Shown here piece by piece: positions 1 to 13,351 of a stretch of DNA of 64,000 nucleotides (position 1 is the stretch's first letter; every line of letters starts with the position of its first letter). The stretch comes from Gekko japonicus (taxonomy: Eukaryota). A program made the translations under genes and the position numbers. The notes under the pieces are model-generated. The model worked only from the letters and a program-made list of their open reading frames with translations. It did no database searches and was not told the DNA's origin. Location of the stretch: NCBI RefSeq assembly GCF_001447785.1, contig NW_015162578.1:38050-102049 (forward strand), read 5' to 3'.

Positions 1-235
1 CTCCAGGCTGGCAAATTCCTGGGGATTTGAGGGGTGGAGCCTGGAGAGGGTGGGGTTTGCGGAGGGGTGGGACCTCAGACAGGTAGAATGCCATAGACTC
101 CACCCTCCAAACCAGCCATTTCGTCCTGGGTAACAATTGTTGCCAATCTCCAGGTGATGGCTAGAGATCACTCAAAATTACAACTGCTCTTCAGGTAGCA
201 GAGATCAGTTCCTCTGGAGAAAACAGTGGACTCTG
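1..235. repeat. Squamate interspersed repeat (ggttgcca-type MITE/SINE-like), partial
   Basis: Blocks such as ccaccctccaaaccagccatt and agagatcagttcctct recur at ~58340-58550 and ~59430-59590. Confidence 0.5.
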
Positions 236-319
236 TCATTTTACCCTGCTGCGGTCGCCACAGCAAATTGACAATGTTTGCCCAAAGCCAGAGCACTCCC
301 ATAGAGCCTCTTTCTAGAT

Positions 320-357
320 CTCGTTGTATTTATTTCCACAACGGGCCTTATTCCTAG
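320..357 (+). mobile_element. Helitron-like 3' terminus
   Basis: Hairpin cgttgt...acaacg followed about 10 nt later by CTAG then T, the canonical Helitron 3' end. The matching 5' end was not identified. Confidence 0.55.
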
Positions 358-404
358 TATATATATATGTGTGTGTGTGTGTATGTATATGTATATATGT
401 ATAC

Positions 405-494
405 ATAGGATGGTGGAAGACAGGAGTGCCAGGCGTGATCTTGTCCATGGGGTCACGAAGAGTCGGACTCGACTGTGCGACTGAACAACAACAA
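405..494 (+). mobile_element. BovB/RTE LINE (or Sauria SINE) 3' tail
   Basis: gtccatggggtcacgaagagtcggactcgactgtgcgactgaac(aac)n resembles the BovB 3' end; a near-identical reverse copy lies at 42952-43036. Confidence 0.75.
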
Positions 495-1049
495 TATATA
501 TAAAGTTCTCTGTTCATCACTAGCATTATCTATTATTTTTGCCTTATCCCCATGTTTTTTTAAAAAAATTGTAAATATAGCATTTATTCAATCTTTTTAA
601 AGCTTTGTTTGTCTTATCAATAGTTCTTTTCTCCTTTTCTGTTCTTTTTTATAGGGGACAATTGCAATAAATATGTATCTATTCTCAGACCAATTAGCCT
701 GAAGAAGGTGACCCAAAAGGAATTGTATTTCATGACCCAGGTCTTTATATTAAGAAGGCTATACTTATAGCATAGAGTATTTTGCTGGTCCCAAACAATA
801 AGCAAAACACACTGTAGGACAGTGATCCCCAATGTCCATTGATTTTAGCTGTAACTAATAATTTATTTTATTTTTAAATTTGTTGTATGTTTGATAGTGA
901 TGTACATCACCCTGAGCCCTTTGGAAGAGCGCAGTTTATAACAACAACAACAATAATAATTTACTTCCTGTTTCTTTGGTGTTTAAACAGGCAGGAAGTG
1001 CTAGATCCTGCCTAAATTTTAGCTTTAGACAAAATTTGGTTACAGTTCT

Positions 1050-1790
1050 GGAACAGTTAGCTGTGTTAGTCTGTTGCTGCAAAATAGTAAAAAGCCCAGT
1101 AGCACATTTAATAAACTTTATTGTAGCATAAGCTTTCGAGAAACACAGCTCTCTTCATCAGATGCATAGAGGGTATGAAGGAAACTGGCCAGAGATATAT
1201 AGGTGATAAGGGGAGGGGGGAGGATGCAGAAAGTGCCATGTAAATGCAAAGCAGATACAAAAGTCATGAAAAAAGTAGAATGCGCAATCCAGGCTGAGTG
1301 TGACCCTTTCCTTCTATTGGTAAATCTGAATGGAATACCTGAAAGGCAGTTACTTCTGGTAATGAGATAACTATTCAATCCAAGTCTGACTCAGTCAAAT
1401 TTACATATGAATTCCAATTTGGCAGATTCCCATTGGATTTTGGTTTTGAAATGTTTTCATTGAACTATGTTTACCTTTAAGTCCTTGGTGGAATGTCCTG
1501 GTAGATTGAAGTATTATCCTACTTCTCCTGATATTTCCTTTTTTTAAATGTCAGATTTGTGTCCATTTATTCTTTTGTGTAGAGGTTGGCTGGTTTGTCC
1601 TATGTACACAGCAGAGGGACATTGTTGACACATGAAAGTATATATCACATTGGAGGATGAGCAGCTGTAAAAGCCAGTGATTGTGTAGTTGATGCAATTT
1701 GGACCTGTAATCATATTTTCCGGGTAGATATGTGGGCAGAGTTGTCATCTGGGTCTGTTGTTGTTCTGGAATGGCTTATTAATTTTATCA
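1050..1790 (-). mobile_element. Penelope-like element 3' part with decayed GIY-YIG endonuclease
   Basis: Minus strand reads approximately CSSSNVIY..CQQCPSAVYIGQTSQPLHKRINGHKSD; terminal region tagctgtgttagtctg; homologous to 32375-32791 and ~26300-26500. Confidence 0.75.
1126..1165 (-). ncRNA. Minimal type I hammerhead ribozyme motif in the Penelope terminus
   Basis: Minus strand GCAU-CUGAUGA-aGAGAgcuguguuUCUC-GAAAGCUU-AUGC: intact core, stem I, stem II and a palindromic stem III. Confidence 0.7.
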
Positions 1791-1863
1791 AAATGTTGCA
1801 TAGAATCAGTTCTTGAATTCTCACCTATAGGCTTAACATACATGCCTCTCATAGACTATAAGT

Positions 1864-2122
1864 GAGCCAGTTTGGTGTAGTGGTTAAGTGTGCGGACTCT
1901 AATTTGGGAGAACCGGGTTTGATTCCCCACTCCTCCACTAGCACCTGCTGGATGACCTTGGGCAAGCCATAGTTCTGTCACAGCTGTTCCTGAAAAAGAG
2001 CAGTTTCGCTCTCAGCCCCACCTACCTCACAGGTTGTCTGTTGTAGGGAGAGGAAGGGAAAGGAGCTTGTAAGCCGCTCTGAGACTCCTTTGGGTAGTGA
2101 AGGGTGGGGTATAAATCCAATT
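1864..2122 (+). mobile_element. tRNA-derived SINE with L2-like tail
   Basis: A box tggtgtagtggtt, B box ggtttgattcc, body ctctcagccccacctacctcacagg, tail gtaagccgc...ggtataaat. Confidence 0.75.
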
Positions 2123-2162
2123 TCCTCCGCATCCGCCTCTTCTTCAGGCTTAACAATGCAGG

Positions 2163-2310
2163 TGGGGTAGCCATGTTGGTCTGAAGCAGCAGAACAAAGT
2201 TTGAGTCCAGTGGCACCTTTAAGATGAACACAGTTTTATTCAAAATGTAAGTTTTGCCCATGAAAGTTTACACTTTGAATAAAACTTTGTTGGTCTTAAA
2301 GGTGCCATTA
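2163..2310. repeat. Penelope terminal fragment arranged as an inverted repeat
   Basis: ggcacctttaaga...ttttattcaaa is mirrored by tttgaataaaac...tcttaaaggtgcc; the same motif occurs in the Penelope ends at 33430-33475. Confidence 0.55.
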
Positions 2311-2361
2311 GCTTAACAATACGTTCACTGTAATAATTTTGTTCCATATTTCATCACCATG

Positions 2362-2572
2362 ACCTGGATAGCTCAGGTTAGCCTGATCTCATCAGATCTT
2401 GGAAGCTAATCAGGGTCACCCTGGCTAATATCTGGATGGGAGATCTCCAAGGAATACCAGCGTCATGATGTGGAGGCAGGCAATGGCAAACCACCTCTAA
2501 ATGTCTCTTGCTTTGAAAACCCTACCAGATTGCCATGTCAGCTGTGTTTGACAAGCACTTTCCACAACCACC
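2362..2572 (+). mobile_element. 5S rRNA-derived SINE with Sauria/RTE-type tail
   Basis: Head gcctgatctcatcagatcttggaagctaa...ggatgggaga...ggaatacc resembles 5S rRNA; tail ggcaatggcaaaccacctct...gaaaaccct...gcacttt. Confidence 0.75.
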
Positions 2573-3792
2573 ATATTTCATAATTTCAGGCTACACTATA
2601 GGACTGTAACATTTGGGACTGGGCTAGAACCATTTCAAATAGCAAGCAGCATCAGGCCTGGCTTGGACTATACATGACACAGGGAGGACCATCAACCTGA
2701 ATATGCATTTCCAAATGTGTTTCATTCAAACACTGTTTATTATATATATATATATATAATTCAGACTCTTGGAAGCCATAAGGGCAAAGCAGCCCTTAAA
2801 ACACAATGCCAAACATTAGAAGTGCCAGATGTGTAACTCTCCATCTTTATTTACATCTTTATTTTATATACTTCCTTTTTAGCCCAACTTTTTCACAGAT
2901 TTCAAAGATATAGAAAATTCACCAGGGAGCACAAGACACGCAGTAACAATGCAAAGGGACTAGGATTATTGAAATTAGGAAACAATGCAAACTGAAGACT
3001 GCTCAAGGCATGGTATACCATACATAATATTGAGAGTGGATTACAAAGGTACAAGACAGTGCAGTAATAACAGGGTGGTACATGAATAAGTACTACTATA
3101 AACCACAGTCCCATTCCCTTATAAAAGTGCCTTACTGCATTGTAGATAACATTTTCACCTTCACATTTAAGGATGATGATGATGATTGCTGGAAAATATT
3201 TACTGGGTTGGATAACGCCTCCACTAGTTTGAAGAAATGTGTAACTCATTACAAGTGATAACTATATTTGCAAAACCTGTGACTCCCCACTCATTATAGC
3301 TGATACCTAGTTCAGCATAACAGTTAATGGTGTCTGTACTTTTAATGATGAAATCTGAATTTTGCATCATTAGATTTTACCCTTTGCCTCTAGCATCTCA
3401 TGGCCCCTTGACCCCACTGTTTCCCCATCCCACCCCTCATCCTCCCATATAAACCTTTGCATAGTGAGGATTCACTCATTGGGCTCTTGGCCATGAGATA
3501 AATAAAATGTTGTTTGTCTTCAAGGTGCCACAAGTCTCCTGGTTATTTTCCCATAAGTATGGGTTATTTGATATTTTAAGAGGAGGAGGAAAGAAATGTG
3601 CAATTTTCCTTTGCCTTTAGTGTAGCAAAGTTAATTGTATTATGGACGGCTTAGATCCTTAGTGAGCCATAAACTGATGGGCTGACCTTGGACTAGTCAC
3701 TGTCTCTCAGCCTGACCTACACTTCAGGGTTGTTGTGAAGATAAAATAAGCATGTAAAGGTAGGGAAAAAGAATTTTAAAAGTATACTCAAT

Positions 3793-4746
3793 TCAAACTG
3801 CTTGTCTACTCCCTATATACTTTTTAATTGAATCCCTGAACACCTCTTGGACTTTCTGATTTCTAAAAGTGAATATGATAGGATTAAGCATGGGTGTCAC
3901 TGCTGTGGTAACTAGAGAAGCAATTTTGTTAAGATTCATAGAGCTGGCTTGGGAGGGTCTCACATAGATGAAGATGGAGGTTCCGTATCCAATGGTAACC
4001 ACTGTGAAGTGGGAAGCACAGGTAGAGAAGGCCTTCTGTCTCCCCGTTGCAGAAGGGATACGAAGAATGGTGCTTATAATGTAAAAATAAGAGATGAGTG
4101 TCAAGAAAAGAGAGCCCAGAATAATGGGTAAGGAGACTATGAAGTCAATTAACTCCACTAGGCGGATGTCAGCACAAGCTAAATGGAGCAAAGGGGCACT
4201 GTCACAGAAAAAGTGATTTATCACATTGGGACCACAATAGGATAAACCCAGTTTCATCACAGTGGGGACAAGAATGGAGAAGAACCCACTCATCCAAGAG
4301 CTTACAACCAACCAAACACAAACCTTCCTGCTCATTATGGTGTTGTATCTAAGTGGGTAGCATATGGCTATGTATCGGTCATAGGACATCATGGCCAGTA
4401 GAACGTATTCAGAGGTGCCAAATAAGAAATAGAAGTATGACTGAGCAATGCACCCATAAAATGAGATGGTCTTTTTTTCTAGTATGAAGTTCTCCATCAT
4501 TTTTGGTACTACGGTGAGAGTAATAAGGATTTCAATGAAAGACAAATTGCAGAGAAAGAAATACATTGGAGAATTCAGGCGGTAATCAGTAAGGATCAGG
4601 GTTATGATTATGGTATTTCCAACCATTGTTGCTACCAGAATGATAAAGAACAACAGAAAAAGCAAGGCTTCTATCTCCCAGGGATTGGGGAATCCAACCA
4701 AAATGAATTCAGTCACAGGTGTTGAATTCCCTTTTCCAAGTTTCAT
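3793..4746 (-). CDS. Olfactory receptor, class II family 6-like (OR6M1/OR6X1-like), 317 aa, intact
   Basis: [47 protein letters not shown]; N-glycosylation site NST; splice acceptor ttcttaacttttcag just upstream of the ATG. Confidence 0.97.
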   Translation of the reverse strand: MKLGKGNSTPVTEFILVGFPNPWEIEALLFLLFFIILVATMVGNTIIITLILTDYRLNSPMYFFLCNLSFIEILITLTVVPKMMENFILEKKTISFYGCIAQSYFYFLFGTSEYVLLAMMSYDRYIAICYPLRYNTIMSRKVCVWLVVSSWMSGFFSILVPTVMKLGLSYCGPNVINHFFCDSAPLLHLACADIRLVELIDFIVSLPIILGSLFLTLISYFYIISTILRIPSATGRQKAFSTCASHFTVVTIGYGTSIFIYVRPSQASSMNLNKIASLVTTAVTPMLNPIIFTFRNQKVQEVFRDSIKKYIGSRQAV

Positions 4747-5274
4747 TATGTTTACTTCTGTATCTGAAAAGTTAAGAAAAATCTTGTTAAACTGAATGGA
4801 AACTGCAGTACAAAATCTTATGGATACTAGTCAAGCAGCTCATTTTCAGTGCCGTTCCTAGGCTACCTACAACAGTTCTCTAACCTAACCTGATTTGATT
4901 TGATCCCATTCAATTAAGACCCTGATATCCTTGGTGTTACACTCTTAATTCATTGGGGCAAAATGAGTTTTCCTCCAGTTGTTTTGACTTAACCAATATG
5001 CTTCGGGTACCATCTCATGGTCCAAATCTAACTGAGATAGCTCCAGCATGGGAGAACCTTGAACTATGTTCCAGTAATTTGATATGTGCTTCTGTCATGT
5101 AATCTGTAATCTGTAATCATTGTGATACCAGACAGAGGTATGATCCACACATCACTGGATACTGTGAAATATTGCTCTCCAGGATTTTTATGTACAGACA
5201 AAAAAAAATCCAAAAGGTGAATGATTATAATAGTGTTGCATCCAATGAAATGTGTGGGTTCAGTCAGAGACAAT

Positions 5275-6066
5275 GGCTGCGGTCACACAGAACATTAGTT
5301 ACGCTACAGAGACGGAAGATAGGCGGATTTTCCGGGCGCGATCACACCACCACATCTGGGAAGCATAGAGCTCCCGTGCCAAACCCGAGGCTTCCCGCCG
5401 AAGATGTGGGGTAAAAAACTAGTACCTCCGAGATACTAGTTTTCAGAAACCGCGGGGCAAGGGTGGGCGCCTGATCACGTTTCCAGTGGAATCCCGTGGC
5501 ATCCGGTGCCTGCCCATGTCCCATCGTGAACAGGCTTCCCCCCCAAGTCTCCACAGGATGCGCACAAGCGCCCAACGGTGCATGCGCACAAAGAGCCCCC
5601 CTCCCACTTCAGCCAGGCTTGCCGCCTCTGGAGGATAGCTATGGCCACTGTCGCGCAGGTGGTTAGAGCGGCTGTGATGAGGGGGCCCATCTCCCCCTCC
5701 GTTGGCTATGCCTTGGAGCTCTGTTGGGGTCCGGAAGCATCTGTCACCCTCTCCGGTAAGCCCACCACCCGCCTTCAGAAGTGCAGATATGATTGCTCAG
5801 TCATGGGTATGAACAAACTTTGGTTTAACAAACAAATCCATCCCGTTTGCCAGGGAAGCGGCGCCTAGCGATTGCTGGTGTGATCACGCCGCACTGCTTC
5901 TTTGCCGTGCTGCAGGATCATCATGTGATCAGCACCTGCCCCCTAACCACGGGACCTCCATGGGACCTCGAAGGGACATCTGATTGTGCAACCGCGCGTT
6001 ATTTTGCTCCGGGGCAAACAGCCACGCTCCCCCCCCCCACATTTTCTGACCCATGTAGCCGGGGCC
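5275..6066. mobile_element. Possible PIF/Harbinger-type non-autonomous element (GC-rich)
   Basis: Abrupt GC/CpG-rich block with loosely inverted ends ggctgcggtcacaca / catgtagccggggcc; TSD imperfect. Confidence 0.35.
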
Positions 6067-6621
6067 AACATTTGGCAGAACTTAAACACATAGGGTATGA
6101 TTGGTAAAAGAAAGGAGGGTGTCCCAGTTGATCGCCAAGGAGCCTGTAGTATTTTACATGTGGAGACAGGCTTGTGTAGTTTCCTTTTTGCTGCTGAGGC
6201 TGCTAATGCAGATCAGTGGTGACAGGGATTTCACACAGCATGTTTCCCTGATAGTTATTATTATTATTATTATTATTGACAATTTAATAGTGTTATATTA
6301 ATGTATTGTTGTACTAAAATATGCATCAGCTTCTTTGAATTTCCAGCTTTTTTAAAAATTAAATCACTGGCTTTTTTTGGGGGGGGGAGATGCTTTTTTC
6401 CTGTACATCTCCACAAGGAAAGGAGGTAGAGACTTACTTTTTTTTTTTTTTTTACAAAATGAAACCTGGAAATTCAGTTAACTATTAAATTGCCATTTTT
6501 TAAAAAAGAATAGAAAACCCCTGTGTGGTAGGAAAAGGAAATGGCTACCATGGGGGGAATGGCTACTATGTGGGTGGGGGCAGGAAAATCCAAACAGTAA
6601 CCACCTTGGCTTTAATATGAT

Positions 6622-6634
6622 NNNNNNNNNNNNN
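6622..6634. other. Assembly gap
   Basis: Run of N. Confidence 0.99.
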
Positions 6635-9600
6635 CTAAACTTTTGCAAAAAGCAGATTTAACAAAAACCAGACAAACGCTAGGGAAGCCCTAAGAGATTC
6701 ACAACTGCACCACGATGTGGTGGGAACACAAGGGGGAAACATCCTCCGCAAAAGCATTGAACTTTGGGGAAATACACCCATGCAGAAACACTTTGAGCTC
6801 AGCAAGGACAAAAGCCTTATGAGATGGGGGCTGTAGTATGGAGGGATATTGTTTGAAACTGAATAAAAACCTGGCTGGATCCAAGCCATACAATGGGTTG
6901 TGATTTCAGGGCAGCTGATATGTATCCAAATAACGTCTACCAAAATCACAGTGCAGTCCACTAAGAATTAGCTTCAGTCTAAGCCCCAGATAAGGTAGTA
7001 GGATCTAATTCTATGGGATTAGTAAATATTAACCCCAAGCCTTATAAAATGCAAAAGAAATACAAATTTACAGATCCCAGCATGTAAATTGTAGATGACT
7101 AAGGCAAATCATATGACAAAGCTAAATTATGAATGGAAATCATATATCAAAATTGCAAAATGAACTACAAATGAAAAATAAGGAATTATCATTTCGACTT
7201 TTTGCTGAACAGGCTGTGTGTTTGGGACACCATTTCATCTAGGTCCAGCCCTTGCTGTGTTGACTGAAATGTTCTTGCTTACTTACAAGGTTAGTAGCTG
7301 TACATTATTTCCACAGTCAAAACCAATAGAGAAGCTGTCTAATGGTGAGAATAAGTATTTACATACACTACTTCATATATTCATATTGCCCCAACTCTAA
7401 TTAAACCTAAGCTGCTGTGTATGAAACCGTGGCATATACAGCAATTGACTGGAATTTACTCTTTGAGTCTTCTACTACAACCCCATCCTAAACAAATAAA
7501 GTAATATTTATAAAATAGTTTGGTTGATGGGAAAAGACTTCTTAGATTGTCAGCTCCTTGAGGAAAAACCTTGCTTCCCCCCCCCCCACTTATTTTGTTA
7601 TCATTGCTGTCTTTTAGCATGGCATTATGTGTGGGGTGATGTGGATTTATTCAGGTTTCCATGTAGTATTTGAACTAAGGCACAGGTTTTAACTTTGTAC
7701 AAAGACTTACAAATCTTTTGAAACTTGCGAGCATCATTGACTTTCTCAGATCTGCTGATGGTTATATAGGGACTAAAATCTCTTGACTCTTTGGTGTGGT
7801 TTTCCTACTGAGGTCTATCCTTGACCTAAATGACCACTCCCTTTGGATCATGTTATGGCATTTAAGGAAGAGCAGATGGTTGTCCTTTTTCCAGTTGTTC
7901 CTTCCAGTCTTTGCTAGCCTGCATCCTACACTCATGTACAGTTCTTCTGATCAAAGCACACTACAGGGTTCTCATGTCATCTCCAACATTTAAGTGAAAG
8001 CAAGTCCCATTTATTTTAGTCACTTTCGACTTGGCATGGGTATGATTATAAATGCAGCAGAAATTAATAGAGAATGGAGTTGGATGAAAATTTCTGCTGT
8101 TTGAAACATGAACAGAAAGAGTCATGTGAAGCTGATAATGATCTAGTTCATTCATTCATCATTAGTATCATCTACTCTGACTGGTAGGTGCTTTCCAAAG
8201 CCTGAGGCAAGGACCCCTCCCTGTTCTGCTGATTGTGATCCTTTTCACAGAAAGTGCCAAAGGACGGACCCTCTTACATGCAATCATGTTCTGTCACTGA
8301 GCTGGAAGCCCTCCTCACTAGTCCTGATGAACACAGATAGAGATATAATTTAGAATTACTCACTTTATTGCAGTCATCCATGTTCCATCATTACAGCAGT
8401 GGCTGGCTTCTTTCGACTACTGCTTTGAAGGAAATCTCTCACCAAACATTTCTGCCGTCCATTAAATGCTATGAGTTTGTTTCTTAATTGGCACAAAGGA
8501 AAAAATAGTCAGGGGCAAATATGTGGAGCTTATTTTATATGATTCTCACTGCTAGAGTACTACCAACATGCTACCGAAAGCCAAAACATAGTTTTGTACC
8601 ATGTAGTCCACCTTGAGTCTCATTGAGAAAGGTAGGCTATAAATAAAGTAAATAAATAAATAATTTGTTAAATAACCTGTCCATACTGCAAAAAAATCAT
8701 GGGATGGAATTATGATGCTTGCATACACAAGTTATGCTCAGGTAAATGACACAAATTCAACAATGTCTTCATTGGTTTCTGAACCCTCAATGATGGGGAA
8801 TAGACACTGGTAGAAACATGTGACTACTGTGTGGGAAAAGGTATGGTAGTTAACTGAGAATACATACAAATTTTAGGAGCAACCAGTACCCTAACACATC
8901 CCAGCGGCCAAAGAATTGTGTCTTGTTTAGCATAAAAGTTGCTCTGGCATCCATATACCATGTCAGTAGTGCAGAAGCCAACATGCCCCCCCCCAATAGA
9001 GCTACCCACCAAGAAAAAACAGTGATCACAGATAATTTCAATATGAAAATTAGTTCTTGCAGCATCAAGGAAGAGCCATAATCCTTCAAAAACTGCAGCC
9101 CTTTTGCTTGGGTTCTATATGTGTTTTTGCTCCTTATGTTTTCTCATCATATCTCAGAGGTCTTGTTACTATGGAATTATAGATGTTCCTCCTGTGGGAC
9201 AGAAACATTCTGAAGATATTTCAAGATGTTCAGAAGTGTGTCAATGGGATAGACATTAATGAGATGAGGACAGAAGCCTGAAATTAAAACATGGGGTCTG
9301 TATAGTTCAGACATAAAATTGCCTTCTCCATGCTGGGAATCATTTTTCCCTAATAAATGGACCACTGTCTTGCTGAATTATTGTTTAAATGTATGCCACC
9401 AACTAAAAGGGTAGGATCAAACCAACTTTTTCACTCAATATCACCCAACTTTCTTCCTCATTACTCCTCCTCCCCCCTTTTCCACTAGGAGAAAAGTTGG
9501 CAAGACCCAACCCCAAAACTCTGTTACAAAATTTACTATACTAGTAAATCACCAAAATCTAAAAGCAAAGACTCACTTCTCTGTCCCCGTAGCCCAGCAG

Positions 9601-10269
9601 ACTCTGCAAACTGTGGATTAGAGGCCCCTCTGTCTCTTCCTGAAACTTCTCCCTCATATTTTTGTTTTTGTACTGAATATCTAGCTTGATGAAGAGTTCT
9701 TGTGAGCTTAGAAGTATGCACTCTTTTTTTTGGAGGGGGATGAATTTGGTTATAATAAGGTACCTGAAGGACCACCTCCTCCCATACCATTCAGCCCACC
9801 AAGATACTGCTCATAAACCCTGCTCTATGTGCCTTCAGAGGTGAGGAGTGGTTACCAGAGACAGGAATTTTTTCAGTGGTGGCATCTTGCTTGTGGAAGG
9901 CTGTTCCCTTTGAAGCCCAAATGGCTCCTACACTGCTTTGGTTTAGGTGCAAGGCTTCATGCAGTAGCCAAATCACTCACTCACAACTTTAATGCCAGTC
10001 GCTCACAAAGTAGAATCACAAGACTCCACAGCTTAGAGGGAGCATTGGTTAAGACCCATTTTAATCTGCTCCATGTATTATTCTTTTTTATACCATGGCT
10101 GGTTTTTTTGAATATTAGGTTTTAATCAATTTTATTATTTTTATGTTTGTACTTTGTTTTATACTGTAAGCTGTCTTTAGAATTTTTTCCAAATATACAA
10201 TAATAAATGGATCCATTCGTAGGTCTATCTGTCCATCCATCCATGCACCCATCTGTGGAAGGTAGAACT

Positions 10270-10840
10270 CATCCAATAGCATACCAGATTCGCTTCCAGA
10301 TGCTGGTTTTGACCTTTAAAGCCCTTTATGGTCAGGGACCTGCCTACCTAAGGGACCGCCTTTCCTCACATGTTCCCCAGAGAGCACTATGGTCAGGGTC
10401 GCAAAATCATCTGCCCCCCCGGTCCAAAGGATGCTAGGCTGGTATCGACTAGGACTAGGGCCTTTTCTGTGGCTGCTCCTGCTTACTGGAATGAGCTTCC
10501 GGATGAGATCAGGGCCTTGCACAACCTTTCACAGTTCCGCAGAGCCACAAAAATGGAGCTCTTCCATCAGGCATATGGGTAAGGAGCCATGTTTTACCAT
10601 CTATGTCCTGTCCCAGTCTTATTCCCAGCCTGAGTCCGCCGATAGTGGAGGTACTGCTTATCTTATTATAGGCAGACTGCTATCGCTATGTTAAGGGTTT
10701 TAATAACTTAGTGTGTATTTTATACTTATATTTATATTAATTTATATTGTTGTTTAATCTATGGTTCTCTTGTAAGCCGCCCTGAGCCTGCCCCGGTGGG
10801 AAGGGCAGGGTAAAAATCAAATAAATAAATAAATAAAAAG
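10270..10840 (+). mobile_element. L2 LINE 3' fragment
   Basis: HPIAYQIRFQMLVLTFKALYGQGPAYLRDRL and RAFSVAAPAYWNELP are typical L2 ORF2 C-terminal motifs; tail gtaagccgccctgag...(aaat)n. Confidence 0.85.
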
Positions 10841-10849
10841 TAATGTGAG

Positions 10850-13350
10850 AATGCTCAAAATTGGCCACCAGCTTCAGGCTGATCATGGGCATTGTAGTGC
10901 TAACTGTGAAGAGAACTGGAATATCCTGGCCCATGCAATCTCAACCACCAACCTACCACTCCACAGCATTTTGCATTTAAAGCTGTGGATGTTTGAAGAT
11001 TGGCCACCAGCTGCATCATGATCATGGAAACCATGCTGGCCAAAATGAAGTGAATCAGTACAAGGGATAGGCACTAACCAGGAAAATGTGGTTCAGAGTT
11101 CAGGGCATGTTCTGTTTGCAAACCACAAACCATCAGAAACTTTTAAGGGCTAAGCAAACTGGTTCTGTCTGTGAGGTTCATGAAAGCTTAGAATGGCTTC
11201 CCAGTGTACTAGAGACACCAAACTCACAGAGGATCTCCAGATGACTCTCCTCTACCTACCCTACCTACCCTCCATGTTTGGTGAGGATTGGGCTTATGGG
11301 GTAGGAGTTATGGCTCCCCAAAGAAAGGTGCCCCATCCCCACTCTTTCTAGTGGAGGTAAAAACAAACAAACAAAAAAGCAAGGACAATAGAAGCCCAGA
11401 AGAACAGAATCAAAGTCCCAGAGAATCTTTGCAGTAGAAAGTGAAGGGGGGGCATTGTTGCAAGCTCAGCAGAACAAGTGCAATGTGTCAACCAGTACCA
11501 GTGAAATCACTGTTGCTTGGCAGGGGCAACAGTGGGAGGGCTTCTAGTGTCTTGGCCCCACTGGTGGACCTCTTGATGGCACCTGGTATTTTTGGCCAGT
11601 GTGTGACAGAGTCTTGGACTGGATGGGCCATTTACCTGATCCAACATTGGCTTCTCATGTTATTATGTTACCCAGCAGAACCCAGTGCCACTGGCATTGC
11701 AAGCTTAAAAAGGACTGATCTTAAAGCACAGAGTCACAAATCCAAGCAATATTTTGTAAGCTCTGTGCAAGAAAGGAGCTTGGGAAAGGGGAAAAGGCTC
11801 TTGAAACTGACATGACTAGTTTGAAACTGACAACAGTGTTTCCAAGGCTGGAGAATTCTACTCCTCCACCCAATGCATTGAAGTTTCGTAGACATTTTGT
11901 TTGAACAGAGACTGTCTAGAAATGTATCAATTCATGAACTGTCATGAACCTCCACAAACAGCTTGAAAGTTCATGGAAAGTTCATGTCAGTTGACCTGCC
12001 ATGAGCTTCACTTCAGGAAGCATGAACCGGACAAAATTCATCATGAACTTTAGTTTGTGAGCCAGTTTATGCCCATCGCTAATTCGAGCGTCCTAGGCCT
12101 GGTTATCACCAGAAGCCCCCAATTCTGTTTATACAATAATTTTACAACCAAGGAAGGCCTTGGAGGCCAAAACTTGTTTGGTCCTGTTTTAATGTGGTTC
12201 AAGGTTATCAACCTATAGATATTTAATTGTTGGATCTGTTATATTGATTCAAGTTTCTTAACCTAGAAATGTTGGATTGTATCATAGTATATTGATTCAG
12301 GACTTCTTAGTTCATATATTTGCTATTTCAAGGGTGGAATGAAGCTTTGTTTTTAAAGTTGAGTTTTAGTGTACTTTGTAATAAGTACAGATATTTAATT
12401 TAATTTACTTCTCCTCTCCTACATTCCCCCCCACACACACACTTTCTGCATTGGAAGGGATAGTTGTCTCTGCCAGGTGTAATTCACCCACTTCATGATG
12501 TTCATAGGAGTTTCAGTCCAAAAAATAAAGGGAATTGTAACATCAAAACCTAGGCTGCATCAGACCACCACCACCCCTTGCTATTTCCAGTGTAAGCTAA
12601 AGTACTCTGTTTGTGGCAGGCATAACTCATCAGAAAACAAACACACTGGAGTCTCAAAATTGGCCACCAGTTTCAGGATGGTGGTGGAACTTGTGGTGCC
12701 AAAAATAAAGGGAATCAGACCCTCCTGACACAGTTCTCAAAGATGTCATTGCTATTTGCAATGGAAGCAAAGGTTTCTGATGGAAAGCCAGGAAAGTGCA
12801 GGCAGCACAGACAGGAAGGGTGGGAAATATTCCTTCTGTGACAAAACAAATGGGGTTTAACAACCTCCTTGACCTATCAGAACCTGTGTGATGTAGTGGT
12901 TGAAGCATTAGACTAGGATAAAAAGGATCAGGTTCAGATCCCTACTCTGCCACAGAAGGTTGCTGGCTGACTTTGAGGCAGTCATGCACTCTCAGCCAGA
13001 GCTACCTCACAGAGTTGTTGAGAGGGTAAAATGTAGGAAAAGAGAACAGCATAAGCTTTGGGGAGAAAAGCAGCATAGGCAGGGAGGATGGAACATACTC
13101 CTTCCTTTACAAAACAGAGTGGGTTTAAAACCTCCCTGAGCTATCACAGCCAGTGTGGTGCAATGTTAGAGTATCTGATCGGACCTAGGAGACTCACATT
13201 CAAATCCCACCTTGGACATGGAAGCTTGCTGGGTGAACTTAGTCCAGTCACACCCTCTCAACCTTAATTACCACTTAGGGTTGTTGTGAGAAAGAAATGG
13301 AAGGCAGGAGACCTATGTAAGCTGCTTTGGGTCTCCATTGGGAAAAAGGC
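10850..13350 (+). repeat. Composite repeat: ~160-bp tandem units (ctcaaaattggccaccag), nested MITE and CR1-tail pieces, two tRNA-SINEs
   Basis: Same unit order and junction sequences as 57390-59360. Confidence 0.5.
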
Positions 13351-13351
13351 A

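Noticed and set aside
2362-2460. 5S rRNA gene
   Set aside because: Diverged, lacks proper 5S ends and is fused to a retroposon tail, so it is a SINE head.
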